Part shown: positions 37,096-46,138 of the stretch, piece after piece
Numbering within the stretch: the stretch's first letter is position 1
Layout of the letters: the number at the start of each line of letters is the position of its first letter
Assembly: GCA_002762985.1 (NCBI GenBank)
Contig: PCXZ01000034.1
Span: 8,431-72,430, forward strand
DNA: 64,000 bases
Origin: Candidatus Woesearchaeota archaeon CG10_big_fil_rev_8_21_14_0_10_44_13
Lineage (GTDB): Archaea > Nanobdellota > Nanobdellia > Woesearchaeales > UBA12501
Reading direction: 5' to 3'
Made by a program: the position numbers and the translations under genes
The notes under the pieces: model-generated
What the model saw: only the letters and a program-made list of their open reading frames with translations
Database searches by the model: none
What the model was told of the DNA's origin: nothing

Positions 37096-37179
37096 TTTAT
37101 TGCCTTTTTCCGCTCATCATCTTATCGCCTGCATCCGATAATAAATAATAGCATACATAATTATTGCATCATCATCTCA

Positions 37180-38331
37180 TCATAATATCCATTCTTCCCT
37201 TATCTCTTTTCCCTTCATTGAATGATTGAGCATGTATTCGACGTTATCTGCAGTTATATCCCTTCCGCCAAGGCCTGCGATGAATCCTGATATCTTTGTC
37301 TTTGATCCCCGCAATGCTGCCATCATCTCAGAATACAATGCCCCTTCATAGCCTATCGAGATGTCCCTGTCTATTATCGCTATGCCTTCAAGGCCTTTAG
37401 TCGCGCTTATTAGGTCTTCAACAGGGAATGGCCTGAATGACCTGACTTTGATAAGGCCCACTCTCTTGCCCTCCTTCCTCATCTTGTCTACAACGTGCCT
37501 TGCTGTGCCGCATACAGTGCCCATAGCCACTATCGCATATTTGGCTCCTGCCAACTTATAGGTGTCTACCAGCCCATTGCCATAGCTTCTCCTGAATTTC
37601 CTCTTGAATTCTGAATTCACCTTCTTGATGACTTCAAGGGATTTCTTTGCTGCATCCTGCTGCATCTTCCTGAAATTGATGTATGTGTCAGGGAATGAGA
37701 CAGGCCCCAGTGTGACTGGCTTCCTTGTGTCAAGGGTAGGGTTCACTGGCTTGTACCTCGGCAGGAATTGGTTGACCTTGGCCTTTGTGGGCATATCCAC
37801 CTGCTCCCATACATGGCTCAATGCAAAACCATCCAAACATACCATCACTGGAAGCAGGACTTCCTTGTTCTCAGCTATCTTATAAGCATGGATTATCGTG
37901 TCAAGAGCTTCCTGGGAGCTTTCGACATACAGCTGCAGCCATCCTGAATCCCTCTCTGAAATCGCATCCTGGTGGTCGTTCCAGATGTTCAATGGAGCAG
38001 ACAAAGACCTGTTGGCTATTGCCATGACTATGGGAAGCCTCATGCCTGAGGCTATGAAAAGCATCTCGTGCATCAATGCCAGCCCCTGGGAAGCCGATGC
38101 TGTGAATGTCCTAACCCCCGTCATCTGGGCGCCTATCGCAGCAGCCATCGCACTGTGCTCTGACTCCACATCTATCAGCTCAGCGTCCATGGCCCCATCA
38201 TTGATGAATTCCGCGATATTCTCCACTATATGGGTCTGCGGAGTGATGGGATACATAGGGACTACTCCCGGCCTGCAGAGCTTCACTGCCTCTGCAACTG
38301 CCTGGCTTGCTTCCATTACCTGTTTTGCCAT
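37180..38331 (-). CDS. porA: pyruvate/2-oxoacid:ferredoxin oxidoreductase alpha subunit
   Basis: 383 aa with typical POR-alpha domains I/II and the GYPITP-like region (VPMYPITPQT). Confidence 0.85.
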   Translation of the reverse strand: MAKQVMEASQAVAEAVKLCRPGVVPMYPITPQTHIVENIAEFINDGAMDAELIDVESEHSAMAAAIGAQMTGVRTFTASASQGLALMHEMLFIASGMRLPIVMAIANRSLSAPLNIWNDHQDAISERDSGWLQLYVESSQEALDTIIHAYKIAENKEVLLPVMVCLDGFALSHVWEQVDMPTKAKVNQFLPRYKPVNPTLDTRKPVTLGPVSFPDTYINFRKMQQDAAKKSLEVIKKVNSEFKRKFRRSYGNGLVDTYKLAGAKYAIVAMGTVCGTARHVVDKMRKEGKRVGLIKVRSFRPFPVEDLISATKGLEGIAIIDRDISIGYEGALYSEMMAALRGSKTKISGFIAGLGGRDITADNVEYMLNHSMKGKEIREEWIL

Positions 38332-38332
38332 T

Positions 38333-38638
38333 TTATCTCCTTACCTCGTGACTGACCCAGTTTTCATATTCCCTGTCTGCATCGGCCTTCATCTTGATTA
38401 TGCACGGAATCTCATAACTGTGGATCTTCCTGACCTCTTTCCTGACATTGTCGTACATCCTGTCATTGGTCTTTGCGAGCAAGACGGCCTCGTCTGCCCT
38501 GCACAATCTTCCTTTCCAGTTGTAAAGGCTTTTTACCGGGAAGATGTTTGCGCATGCTATCAGCCTTTTCTTCAGCATGTGCTTTGATATCTTTTCGGCC
38601 TCTCTCTTGTCTTTGCAGGTGATATATATCAGGATCAT
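38333..38638 (-). CDS. cutA: divalent-cation tolerance protein CutA (PII-like fold)
   Basis: 101 aa with the characteristic CutA1 pattern ...CANIFPVKSLYNWKG...EAVLLAKT...YEIPCII.... It lies between porD and porA on the same strand. Confidence 0.75.
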   Translation of the reverse strand: MILIYITCKDKREAEKISKHMLKKRLIACANIFPVKSLYNWKGRLCRADEAVLLAKTNDRMYDNVRKEVRKIHSYEIPCIIKMKADADREYENWVSHEVRR

Positions 38639-38663
38639 TTTATCGGGATCGTTTTGTTTCTCT

Positions 38664-38963
38664 TTACTTCTCTTCCTTGACCATGGCTATGCATTTCACA
38701 GGGCACTCGTTTGCGCATATCCCGCAACCCTTGCAGTAGTCCAGATCAGCCTCGAACTTCTCATTTATGGCATTGTCTGGGCAGAACATCCAGCAGAAAC
38801 CGCAGCGTATGCATTTCTTCTCGTCTCTGACCGGCCTGAATTCCTTCCAGCTGCCTGTCTTGTTCTTTACCGAAGAGCCGGGCCTTGTTATGACTGCCCC
38901 GATAGGCAATTGCTCATTCTCCTTTGAGTTTTTTGAGTTTCTTGATTTTTTTGATTTTGGCAT
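38664..38963 (-). CDS. porD: pyruvate:ferredoxin oxidoreductase delta subunit (2x[4Fe-4S] ferredoxin)
   Basis: Two CxxCxxCxxxCP motifs (CIRCGFCWMFCP; CKGCGICANECP). Confidence 0.8.
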   Translation of the reverse strand: MPKSKKSRNSKNSKENEQLPIGAVITRPGSSVKNKTGSWKEFRPVRDEKKCIRCGFCWMFCPDNAINEKFEADLDYCKGCGICANECPVKCIAMVKEEK

Positions 38964-39018
38964 CTGGTTACCTTGATATAGATATTATCCTGTTCGTGTA
39001 TTATCCAGCTTATCTATG

Positions 39019-39567
39019 TTATCTCACCATGTCATAGACGTCCTTCACTGCTTTCTTGTTCATCTCTGCCATCGCTTTGCCCTTGCTTGCTGCAAATTTC
39101 TCGTCTATCGCTTTCATCATCGACTTAAGGCTCACTAATTTCGTGACAGCTGAGAAAGCTCCGAGTATCGGCGTGTTCACTATCGGCCTTTTGAATATAT
39201 TCAGTGCGATTGCGCTTGCGTCTATTGTGTGGATATTGTAATCCCCCTTTATCTTGAGGTCTTTCGGCTTCTTTGATGTGTTGATTATTATCGTGCCCTT
39301 ATCTTTCAGGCCTTTCGTGACATCTGTTGAATATACCAATGTCGGATCAAGGACCATGACAACATCAGGGTTATATACCTGGCTTCTAAGGTTGATAGGA
39401 GAACTGTCTATCCTTACGAATGCCTCTACTGGAGCGCCTCGCCTCTCGACACCGAACAAAGGGAATGTCTGGGCATACTTGTTGTCATATAATGAGGCGA
39501 TAGCTATTATCTGGCCTGTCGTAACGGCTCCCTGGCCACCCCTCCCATGGATTCTTATCTCTATCAT
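39019..39567 (-). CDS. porG: pyruvate:ferredoxin oxidoreductase gamma subunit
   Basis: 182 aa. The N-terminal IRIHGRGGQGAVT is typical of the POR gamma family. It is the first gene of the por cluster. Confidence 0.8.
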   Translation of the reverse strand: MIEIRIHGRGGQGAVTTGQIIAIASLYDNKYAQTFPLFGVERRGAPVEAFVRIDSSPINLRSQVYNPDVVMVLDPTLVYSTDVTKGLKDKGTIIINTSKKPKDLKIKGDYNIHTIDASAIALNIFKRPIVNTPILGAFSAVTKLVSLKSMMKAIDEKFAASKGKAMAEMNKKAVKDVYDMVR

Positions 39568-39673
39568 ATATATCCGATATATGGCTTGGGGGCCCTTATT
39601 TATATATCTTTGTAGTGACTATACAGTGTCTATACTGGCTTAATAGCCCGTTTAAGGCTTTTAAAAGGGTTTT

Positions 39674-39691
39674 TACAAAATATTTATAAAT
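39674..39691 (+). promoter_or_regulatory. promoter element tacaaaatatttataaat upstream of nop5
   Basis: Identical to the 18-mer at 32112-32129. It lies ~25 nt upstream of the nop5 ATG. Confidence 0.45.
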
Positions 39692-39711
39692 TAATGGCTT
39701 ATTGATAAAAT

Positions 39712-40776
39712 ATGCCTCAATTTTACCTATACACCAACATTATCGGAAGCTATGTATTCGACCAGAAGTTCTTCATGATAGACAAGGTCATCTTCAAAGA
39801 CAATGAAATCCTTGCCAATTCCAACCTGATCGAGCAGGGCAGGTTCATCCCTGCAGAAAAAAGCCTTATCACAAAGCACAGGAAAGGCAATTTCATTGTC
39901 ATCGGGCCCAGGACAGAATCTTTTGAGGGAATCAAATCAAGCCTTGACGACAAGACCTATGAGAAGATAACATTGGAGCTGAAAAAGGACAGGTCTGTCT
40001 TTGAGAGGCTTAGGCATCACAACACGATCCTGACAAAGGACAAGATAAGGCATGCTGTCAATGAGGATACAGTGATAATGCAGACCATAAGCAGCGTGAT
40101 GGAGCTTGAGAAGATAATAAATACCATCGCAAAAAGGCTCAGGGAATGGTACAGCTATTACCTGCCTGAATTCTCGAAGAGCATACAGGACCATGAGAAA
40201 TTTGCAGAGCTGATCGCAAGGAAAAGCCGTGAAGACCTGATGAGGGAGCTGAACCTCAGGAAAGATGAGAGCATGGGCGGCGAGTTCAGGAAGGAGGACA
40301 TAGAGATCGTGGTCACATTGGCAAAGAACCTTTCAGGACTTTACAGGCTGAAAGAGCAGGAAACGATGTATCTTGAAAGGATGATGAAGGATTACTGCCC
40401 GAACATGCAGGCTGTCGCAGGAACGCTGATTGCTGCTAAACTGTTAGGGAAGGCAGGATCATTGAAACGGCTTGTGGAATTCCCTTCATCGACCATCCAG
40501 GTCCTCGGTGCAGAGGAGGCTTTCTTCAGGCATATGACGACAGGAAGCAGGATGCCAAAACACGGCTACATCTCCCAACACGAATTCATGAGCAAGGCCC
40601 CGATGAAGGATCATGGCAGGATAGCAAGGGCTCTTGCTGACAAGATAAGCATAGCAGTCAAGGTGGACTATTTCAAGGGGAAGTTCGTAGGGGACATGCT
40701 GAGGAAGAAGGTTGAGGAGAAGCTCAAACCCAAGAATGAAAGCAAAAAAGACAAAAAAGAATTTGGAAGAAGGTAA
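39712..40776 (+). CDS. nop5: C/D box sRNP core protein Nop5 (Nop56/58 homolog)
   Basis: The Nop domain ...VLGAEEAFFRHMTTGSRMPKHGYISQHEFMSKAP...GRIARALADKISIAVKVDYF is present. A KKD/E tail follows, and fibrillarin is immediately downstream. Confidence 0.85.
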   Translation: MPQFYLYTNIIGSYVFDQKFFMIDKVIFKDNEILANSNLIEQGRFIPAEKSLITKHRKGNFIVIGPRTESFEGIKSSLDDKTYEKITLELKKDRSVFERLRHHNTILTKDKIRHAVNEDTVIMQTISSVMELEKIINTIAKRLREWYSYYLPEFSKSIQDHEKFAELIARKSREDLMRELNLRKDESMGGEFRKEDIEIVVTLAKNLSGLYRLKEQETMYLERMMKDYCPNMQAVAGTLIAAKLLGKAGSLKRLVEFPSSTIQVLGAEEAFFRHMTTGSRMPKHGYISQHEFMSKAPMKDHGRIARALADKISIAVKVDYFKGKFVGDMLRKKVEEKLKPKNESKKDKKEFGRR

Positions 40777-40788
40777 GGACAAAAGAAA

Positions 40789-41469
40789 ATGATAACCCCT
40801 CACAGGCTCAAAGGATTGTACACAGACGGAAAACGTCTTTTCACAAGAAGCATAGCCCCTGGCAGGAGGCCTTTCGAGGAGAGGGTCTTCAAGGACCAGG
40901 GAACAGAGTACAGGCAGATAGACCCTAAGAAATCGAAATTGGCTGCAGCAATCGCCAAGGGCGTTTCGCAGATCGGAGTGATGCCCGGGGACACTGTCCT
41001 TTATCTAGGAGCTTCCCACGGCTATACCCCCAGCTTCATGAGCGATATCGTCGGAGATGGCGCTGAAGGCAGAGGATTCATCTTTGCTCTTGACTTCGCG
41101 CCAAGGGTCGTCAGGGATCTTGTCTTCGTAAGCCAGGACAGGAAGAACATAGCGCCCATAATGGCAGATGCGAACCATCCTGAGCAGTATTTCCATAAGG
41201 TCATGCAGGTGGATTATGTCTACCAGGATATCGCGCAGAAAAACCAGGCCGAGATATTCCTGAAGAACTGCAGGATGTTCCTCAAGAAAGAAGGCTTCGC
41301 TTTCCTTGCGGTCAAATCAAGAAGCGTTGATATAGCAAAGAAGCCGAAAGCCGTATTCAATGAGATAAGGGACATGCTTGAGAGATCGAAGGATTTTGTC
41401 ATTGTCGATTACAGGGAGCTTGATCCTCTTGAGAAGGACCATTGCATATTCATGTGCAAGAAGAAGTGA
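40789..41469 (+). CDS. flpA: fibrillarin-like rRNA/tRNA 2'-O-methyltransferase
   Basis: VLYLGASHGYTPSFMSDIVG (SAM motif) and FALDFAPRVVRDL; 226 aa; canonical nop5-flpA pairing. Confidence 0.9.
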   Translation: MITPHRLKGLYTDGKRLFTRSIAPGRRPFEERVFKDQGTEYRQIDPKKSKLAAAIAKGVSQIGVMPGDTVLYLGASHGYTPSFMSDIVGDGAEGRGFIFALDFAPRVVRDLVFVSQDRKNIAPIMADANHPEQYFHKVMQVDYVYQDIAQKNQAEIFLKNCRMFLKKEGFAFLAVKSRSVDIAKKPKAVFNEIRDMLERSKDFVIVDYRELDPLEKDHCIFMCKKK

Positions 41470-41503
41470 CGGAAAAATAGACGAGGAATCATCGCGATAA
41501 AAA

Positions 41504-42364
41504 ATGCCAAACAGATACGCTGATCCGTGGAAAGGCTTTGCAAAGAGATGGGATGAGTATTACACTGCACCTGGCAGGCCGACAAGGGATGAGGTACGGA
41601 TTTTTCTGAATTACATAAAAAAGAGCGGCAAACTCGCAAAAGGTAAAAAATCGAAAATAAAAGTATTGGTCCTTGGGGCGACCCCTGAGCTCAGGGACAT
41701 GCTTGCAAGGATAAAGGCAGATGTCTCCCTGATCGATGTGAGCAAGTACATGATAAGGGAGATGACCAAATTAAGGAAGACAAGGTCAAAGGAGCATAGA
41801 TTCACGGGAAACTGGCTGAAGATGCCTTTTTCTGGAGGATATTTTGATATTGTTGTCGGGGATTTGGCGCAGGGCAATATACCAAAGAATAAAAAAGATA
41901 TATTTTTGGCAGAGATATCTAGGGTTCTGAAAAAAGAAGGATATTTCATACACAGGATTTTCCACATGCCTGAACATCAGAGATATGTAAATCCCGAGAG
42001 GATATTTGGCAGATATTCCAGATACAAATATTCAAAACAGCTGCATATGGGGATGTTCATGGATCTTCTCTATAATACATACAACAAAAAAACGAATATA
42101 ACTGACACTGCAATAATGAAGGGATGGATCAGCAAGTATATGTATTCTCCTGGAAAATTCAGGCATCCCGACAGGCAGATAAGCAAACTGCTTGAGAGGG
42201 CTTATGTGATGTGGCAGCCATTTAAGAAGAAATGGTGCACTTTCCCTGAGAAGGATATCGCAAAGATGATGGAGAGACATTTCATAATAATGGATAACAG
42301 CATAAGGACAGGCTCCCACAGGATGGCAGAGACATTCAGGATATGGAGTCTGAAGAAAAGATGA
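41504..42364 (+). CDS. hypothetical protein, possibly a divergent class I methyltransferase-like fold
   Basis: KVLVLGATPELRDML...FDIVVGDLA...LKKEGYFI resembles MTase motifs I/post-I/II, but the glycine-rich loop is degenerate. The assignment is weak. Confidence 0.35.
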   Translation: MPNRYADPWKGFAKRWDEYYTAPGRPTRDEVRIFLNYIKKSGKLAKGKKSKIKVLVLGATPELRDMLARIKADVSLIDVSKYMIREMTKLRKTRSKEHRFTGNWLKMPFSGGYFDIVVGDLAQGNIPKNKKDIFLAEISRVLKKEGYFIHRIFHMPEHQRYVNPERIFGRYSRYKYSKQLHMGMFMDLLYNTYNKKTNITDTAIMKGWISKYMYSPGKFRHPDRQISKLLERAYVMWQPFKKKWCTFPEKDIAKMMERHFIIMDNSIRTGSHRMAETFRIWSLKKR

Positions 42365-42550
42365 GGGAGTCATTGAATGATCGGTTTTTCTGATTTGTTT
42401 GTTTTTGAATGTTTTGTTCCATACTTTTGTGCGCCACCTTCCCTCAACAGAAAATCTGTGGATTTTCTTGGTTGATTTTGGAACAAAATCAACATTCCGC
42501 TCGCGATGATAACATCAACCCGGAGATATCGCTCGCTGAGGCTTCTTTTT

Positions 42551-42722
42551 CCCGCCCCAATGCGCACGATTAGATTCCTCTGCTTCCAGTTTGTGAATCA
42601 GGCACATCGGGGTTGCAGGGTGCTTGCTGAACGAAGTGAAGCAAGTCTGATAATTTCGACTTTAGTCGGAATTATCTTTAGGACATCTGTCAGTTTATCC
42701 GATTGGGGCGGGCCGGTTTTTG
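42551..42722 (+). ncRNA. candidate structured non-coding RNA (~170 nt) in a 410-nt ORF-free gap
   Basis: The 5' CCCGCCCC (42551-58) is perfectly complementary to the 3' GGGGCGGG (42705-12), which is followed by GCCGG and a T5 tract. Internal hairpins occur (gcttgct...agcaagt; tcgact...agtcgga). I could not assign a family by eye. Confidence 0.2.
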
Positions 42723-42777
42723 ATTAAACAAAACGTACAATCTTAATCCGCAAACTAAGAAATTTAAACCATAAAAA

Positions 42778-43065
42778 TCAAAGTTTAAGCGCTTTTTTCA
42801 ATGCATCCTTATCAAACCCTACTATAAATTTCCCATTTATCTCCAGCACCGGGACGCCCATCTGCCCTGATTTCTTGACCATCTCGTCCCTTGCTGCCGC
42901 ATCATCCGCGACATTGAATTCCTGGAAATGTATGTTGTTCTCTTTCAGGAAATTCTTTGCCATTACGCAGTATGGGCATGTGGGCGTTGAGTATACCTTC
43001 ACTATGTTCGCTCCTGTGCTTACTTTCTTCCCGTCCTTGCCTGGATTTCCGCCTGCTTTTGCCAT
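42778..43065 (-). CDS. glutaredoxin/NrdH-like thiol-disulfide oxidoreductase
   Basis: VKVYSTPTCPYCVMAKNFL (CPYC active site) and ...GVPVLEINGKFIVGFD.... The start is taken at MAKAGG (43065); the upstream ORF extension is unlikely. Confidence 0.8.
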   Translation of the reverse strand: MAKAGGNPGKDGKKVSTGANIVKVYSTPTCPYCVMAKNFLKENNIHFQEFNVADDAAARDEMVKKSGQMGVPVLEINGKFIVGFDKDALKKALKL

Positions 43066-43102
43066 ATTATCACCTGCCCAAATTGCTTTGATTTGTATCT
43101 GC

Positions 43103-43930
43103 CTATTTTCCTGCTTTTGAGTGCGCCTGCACGACAAGGATTGAATATATCCTTGCCCAGCTTATCGCCGGCATGAGCATGAATACGCCTATCATGAGGA
43201 ACAGTATGTTGCTTATCCCAATGGAATAATACATTATTAGGTTTATCACGAGGAATATCACTGCGATGATGATGAATGCAGGCAATACATGCATTATATC
43301 CCTTATGCCGATGGAAAATGCCTTTTTTATGTTCGCAAACCCGTATATCCCCGGCAGCATTGAATACGAGATTGCTGCAAGATACAGGAATATGAAGAAC
43401 GCCAATGTCATGAACGTGCTTTGCGCCTGTTCCTGCCCTGAGAGGAAATCCCCTGCAAATGCAATTATATTGTAGATTATCGCAAGAGAGTACCAGTAGA
43501 AGTTCGTCTTATAGAACACATTGAGGTAATCCGAAAATTCGGCCTGTTCCCTTGTTGATGCGATCTTGCATGAATACCACCAGCTGAAGCCCTCGAAAAG
43601 GCAGTACAGGATGTAGATGAGGATTATCATCAATATGACAAGAAGAGCGACTTTGATCAGCATGGGCCTTGCGCTCTCCTGGAATATTATCTCGGAAAGC
43701 GTTGCAGACTGGCTTTCTGTCTTTGTGAGCTCAATGCCCAGATTGAACATCTGGTTGGATACCAATGGGCCTATTAGGCCGATTACGATGAACCCGTACA
43801 GGACGAGGAAGAGTATGTCTGACAGGATAGGGATAGGCAGCTCTATGTATCTCTCTTTGATGCGCCTGAATGATGGTATAAAAGAGTTGAGAGAATAATT
43901 TTGCCTGATTATCTTTTTTATGAATTGCAT
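43103..43930 (-). CDS. hypothetical polytopic membrane protein
   Basis: 275 aa with about 7 predicted TM helices. I recognise no family. Confidence 0.45.
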   Translation of the reverse strand: MQFIKKIIRQNYSLNSFIPSFRRIKERYIELPIPILSDILFLVLYGFIVIGLIGPLVSNQMFNLGIELTKTESQSATLSEIIFQESARPMLIKVALLVILMIILIYILYCLFEGFSWWYSCKIASTREQAEFSDYLNVFYKTNFYWYSLAIIYNIIAFAGDFLSGQEQAQSTFMTLAFFIFLYLAAISYSMLPGIYGFANIKKAFSIGIRDIMHVLPAFIIIAVIFLVINLIMYYSIGISNILFLMIGVFMLMPAISWARIYSILVVQAHSKAGK

Positions 43931-43997
43931 TTATTGCCTCTTTTGAAAACGTCAAAATCTTAAGATATCAAAAAAAGAAAGGTAAAAAAATAAAAAT

Positions 43998-45026
43998 TTA
44001 GCCGCAGTTTCCTGCAGCCTGTGCGCCTTCTGTGCTCAACTGCTGTCCGCAGCTTGCCGGCGCTTTGCTGAAAGCAGAGCATATGCTTGTCTTGTAAGCA
44101 TCTGGTGTCCTTCCGCCGCTGTATTCTGCCCCGTTTATGATGAGCATTGGCGAGCCCTGGACGCTGTATTTTGCGTTCAGCTCAACTTCTTTTGCCAATA
44201 ATGCAAGTGCCTCGTCCTTCTGGCATGCGCTTATCTTGGCTGTGTCTATGCCTCTTGCCTTTGCGACAGCTTCCCAGCACTTGTCTACATTCGCTGAGGT
44301 GCATTTTGAGTTCACATCAGAGATGTAATCCCAGAACTTTGCCTTGTCATATTTGTACAGGCATAGTTCCCTGACGCCCTCATTAAGCTCCTGTATGCCG
44401 TGCATTGAGCAATATTTGTTATCTTGGTCCAGGCAATAATCAGCTCCTCCTCCCCTGTAATTTGAATATATCACATAATGCGGCTGTATTTCTACATCAG
44501 ATCCCATCGCCTTGACCACAGGTATGATCCCCTCTTCTGCCTGGTTGCCGTATGGGCAATATGCCATTGTGAAAAGCATCACTTCAGGCTTGTCTGCCTT
44601 TGGTATGTCTGTTGCAGGCTGCTGCTGATCTGCTGTTGATGCTGTTGCAGGCGCTTTCATATTTATCGCCTGCGGGAAAAGTATCGATGCGTCTTTTGTG
44701 ACATAAGACTCAAAGGTCTTTCCCTGTATGTTCAGCGTTATGTTGTATAGGCAGCTCTGTCCCTTGAGATCGCTTATCGAGTCGATCGTCGCGACTGTCT
44801 GGCCCTGCAGGACTGCCTTGTTTATGAAGTCCAGAGTCATATCTGAGACTTTTTTCTTCGGCAGCTCTTTTGCTGATGAGATTGAGAATCCATTGGTTAT
44901 CACGGAAACCACCAGCAGGATCGCCAGAACCACTGCTGCTATCTTCCATGTTTTGTCGCTGCAGCAAACTTTTTGAGATTTGATCTCATGCACTTTTTTT
45001 TCGTGCGTCATGTGTTGTTTAACCAT
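43998..45026 (-). CDS. membrane-anchored DsbA-like thioredoxin-fold protein
   Basis: N-terminal TM (IAAVVLAILLVVSVI). The C-terminal ~200 aa have a DsbA-like pattern (MAYCPYG...; ...GSPMLIINGAEYSGGRT...). The protein is Cys-rich. Confidence 0.5.
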   Translation of the reverse strand: MVKQHMTHEKKVHEIKSQKVCCSDKTWKIAAVVLAILLVVSVITNGFSISSAKELPKKKVSDMTLDFINKAVLQGQTVATIDSISDLKGQSCLYNITLNIQGKTFESYVTKDASILFPQAINMKAPATASTADQQQPATDIPKADKPEVMLFTMAYCPYGNQAEEGIIPVVKAMGSDVEIQPHYVIYSNYRGGGADYCLDQDNKYCSMHGIQELNEGVRELCLYKYDKAKFWDYISDVNSKCTSANVDKCWEAVAKARGIDTAKISACQKDEALALLAKEVELNAKYSVQGSPMLIINGAEYSGGRTPDAYKTSICSAFSKAPASCGQQLSTEGAQAAGNCG

Positions 45027-45445
45027 ATTTATGCACCCCTTATTGCTGTTTTTTATCGTATCTCTTTTTATATTTTATGGATTTTTGGCATGTTTTAGGC
45101 CATTACTTTCCCTTTGCCTCATTATTATTTTATCCCCTTGAGCCCGGGAACATCGAACCTGTCATTGGCTATGAGGTATAAGGAGAAGAAAAGAAGCAAT
45201 CCTCCGAAAACTATGAGCATTACGCTTAATGCCCTTCTTTCTGAGTTTATTATCAGGACGCCTATGTCGGCTATTACGCCCCCCATGAGGATCAGCATAT
45301 ATACAAAATACCTGTTCTTAAGGGAGAAGAATGATTTCGGCTCTTTTGGCTCCTTCTGGTCTTTTTTAACCTTTTTACTGATTTTAACACCCTTTATAAG
45401 TTTATTTGGGAAATATATATAAAGCTTTTTGTTTTTAGGCTGTTT

Positions 45446-46078
45446 ATGGCTGGATCAAGGAAAAAAGCGCTTGCATTGATAAGCTCAGGGATTGACAGCC
45501 CTGTCGCTGCAAAACTGATGATCGACAAGGGCGTTGAAGTTGTAGGCGTCCATTTCGACAACAGGCCGTTCACAGATGCAAGGCAGATAACAAAGACAGC
45601 AAGGATATGCAAAGTCATAGGGATAAAGAGGCTGTATGTCGTGAAACACGGCCTCAGCATGGGCGACATCATAGGGAAGATAGACCGGAGGTTCACCTGC
45701 CTGATGTGCAGGAGGATGATGTTCAGGATAGCTGAGAGCATCGCCAAGAAAGAGGGCTGTGATTTCCTGATAACGGGAGAGAACATGGGCCAGGTGGCTT
45801 CCCAGACATTGGATAATCTGACTGTATGCTCGAAGGCCGTGAAGGTCCCTATCCTAAGGCCCATATTGTGCAATGACAAGCAGGAGACTGTTGCAATCGC
45901 AAAGGAGATAGGCACTTATGAGATCTCTATAGAGCCTCCCGGATGCTGCAGGCTCGTCCCCCAGTTCCCTGCCACAAGGTCCAATCTGAGACTGATAGAG
46001 GATGAAGAGAAGAAGTTTGACATTGCAGAGACTGTTTCAAAGAGGATGGAAGATATTGAGGTTATGGATTTCTCCTGA
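45446..46078 (+). CDS. ThiI-like PP-loop ATP pyrophosphatase domain protein (lacks THUMP/rhodanese domains)
   Basis: PP-loop SSGIDSPVA (SGGxDS) plus the ThiI-type CLMCRRMMFRIAE...ITGENMGQVASQTLDNL. Only 210 aa. Confidence 0.65.
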   Translation: MAGSRKKALALISSGIDSPVAAKLMIDKGVEVVGVHFDNRPFTDARQITKTARICKVIGIKRLYVVKHGLSMGDIIGKIDRRFTCLMCRRMMFRIAESIAKKEGCDFLITGENMGQVASQTLDNLTVCSKAVKVPILRPILCNDKQETVAIAKEIGTYEISIEPPGCCRLVPQFPATRSNLRLIEDEEKKFDIAETVSKRMEDIEVMDFS

Positions 46079-46138
46079 TGATAGGATGATGGATAGACAG
46101 TAAAATTTAAATATGAAAGAGGGTTAAAAGCCATTATA

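Noticed and set aside
42504-42538. C/D box sRNA downstream of the nop5-flpA region
   Set aside because: A GATGATAA C-like box and a CTGA D box are present, but they are only ~25 nt apart with no C'/D' pair or terminal stem. This is insufficient for a call.
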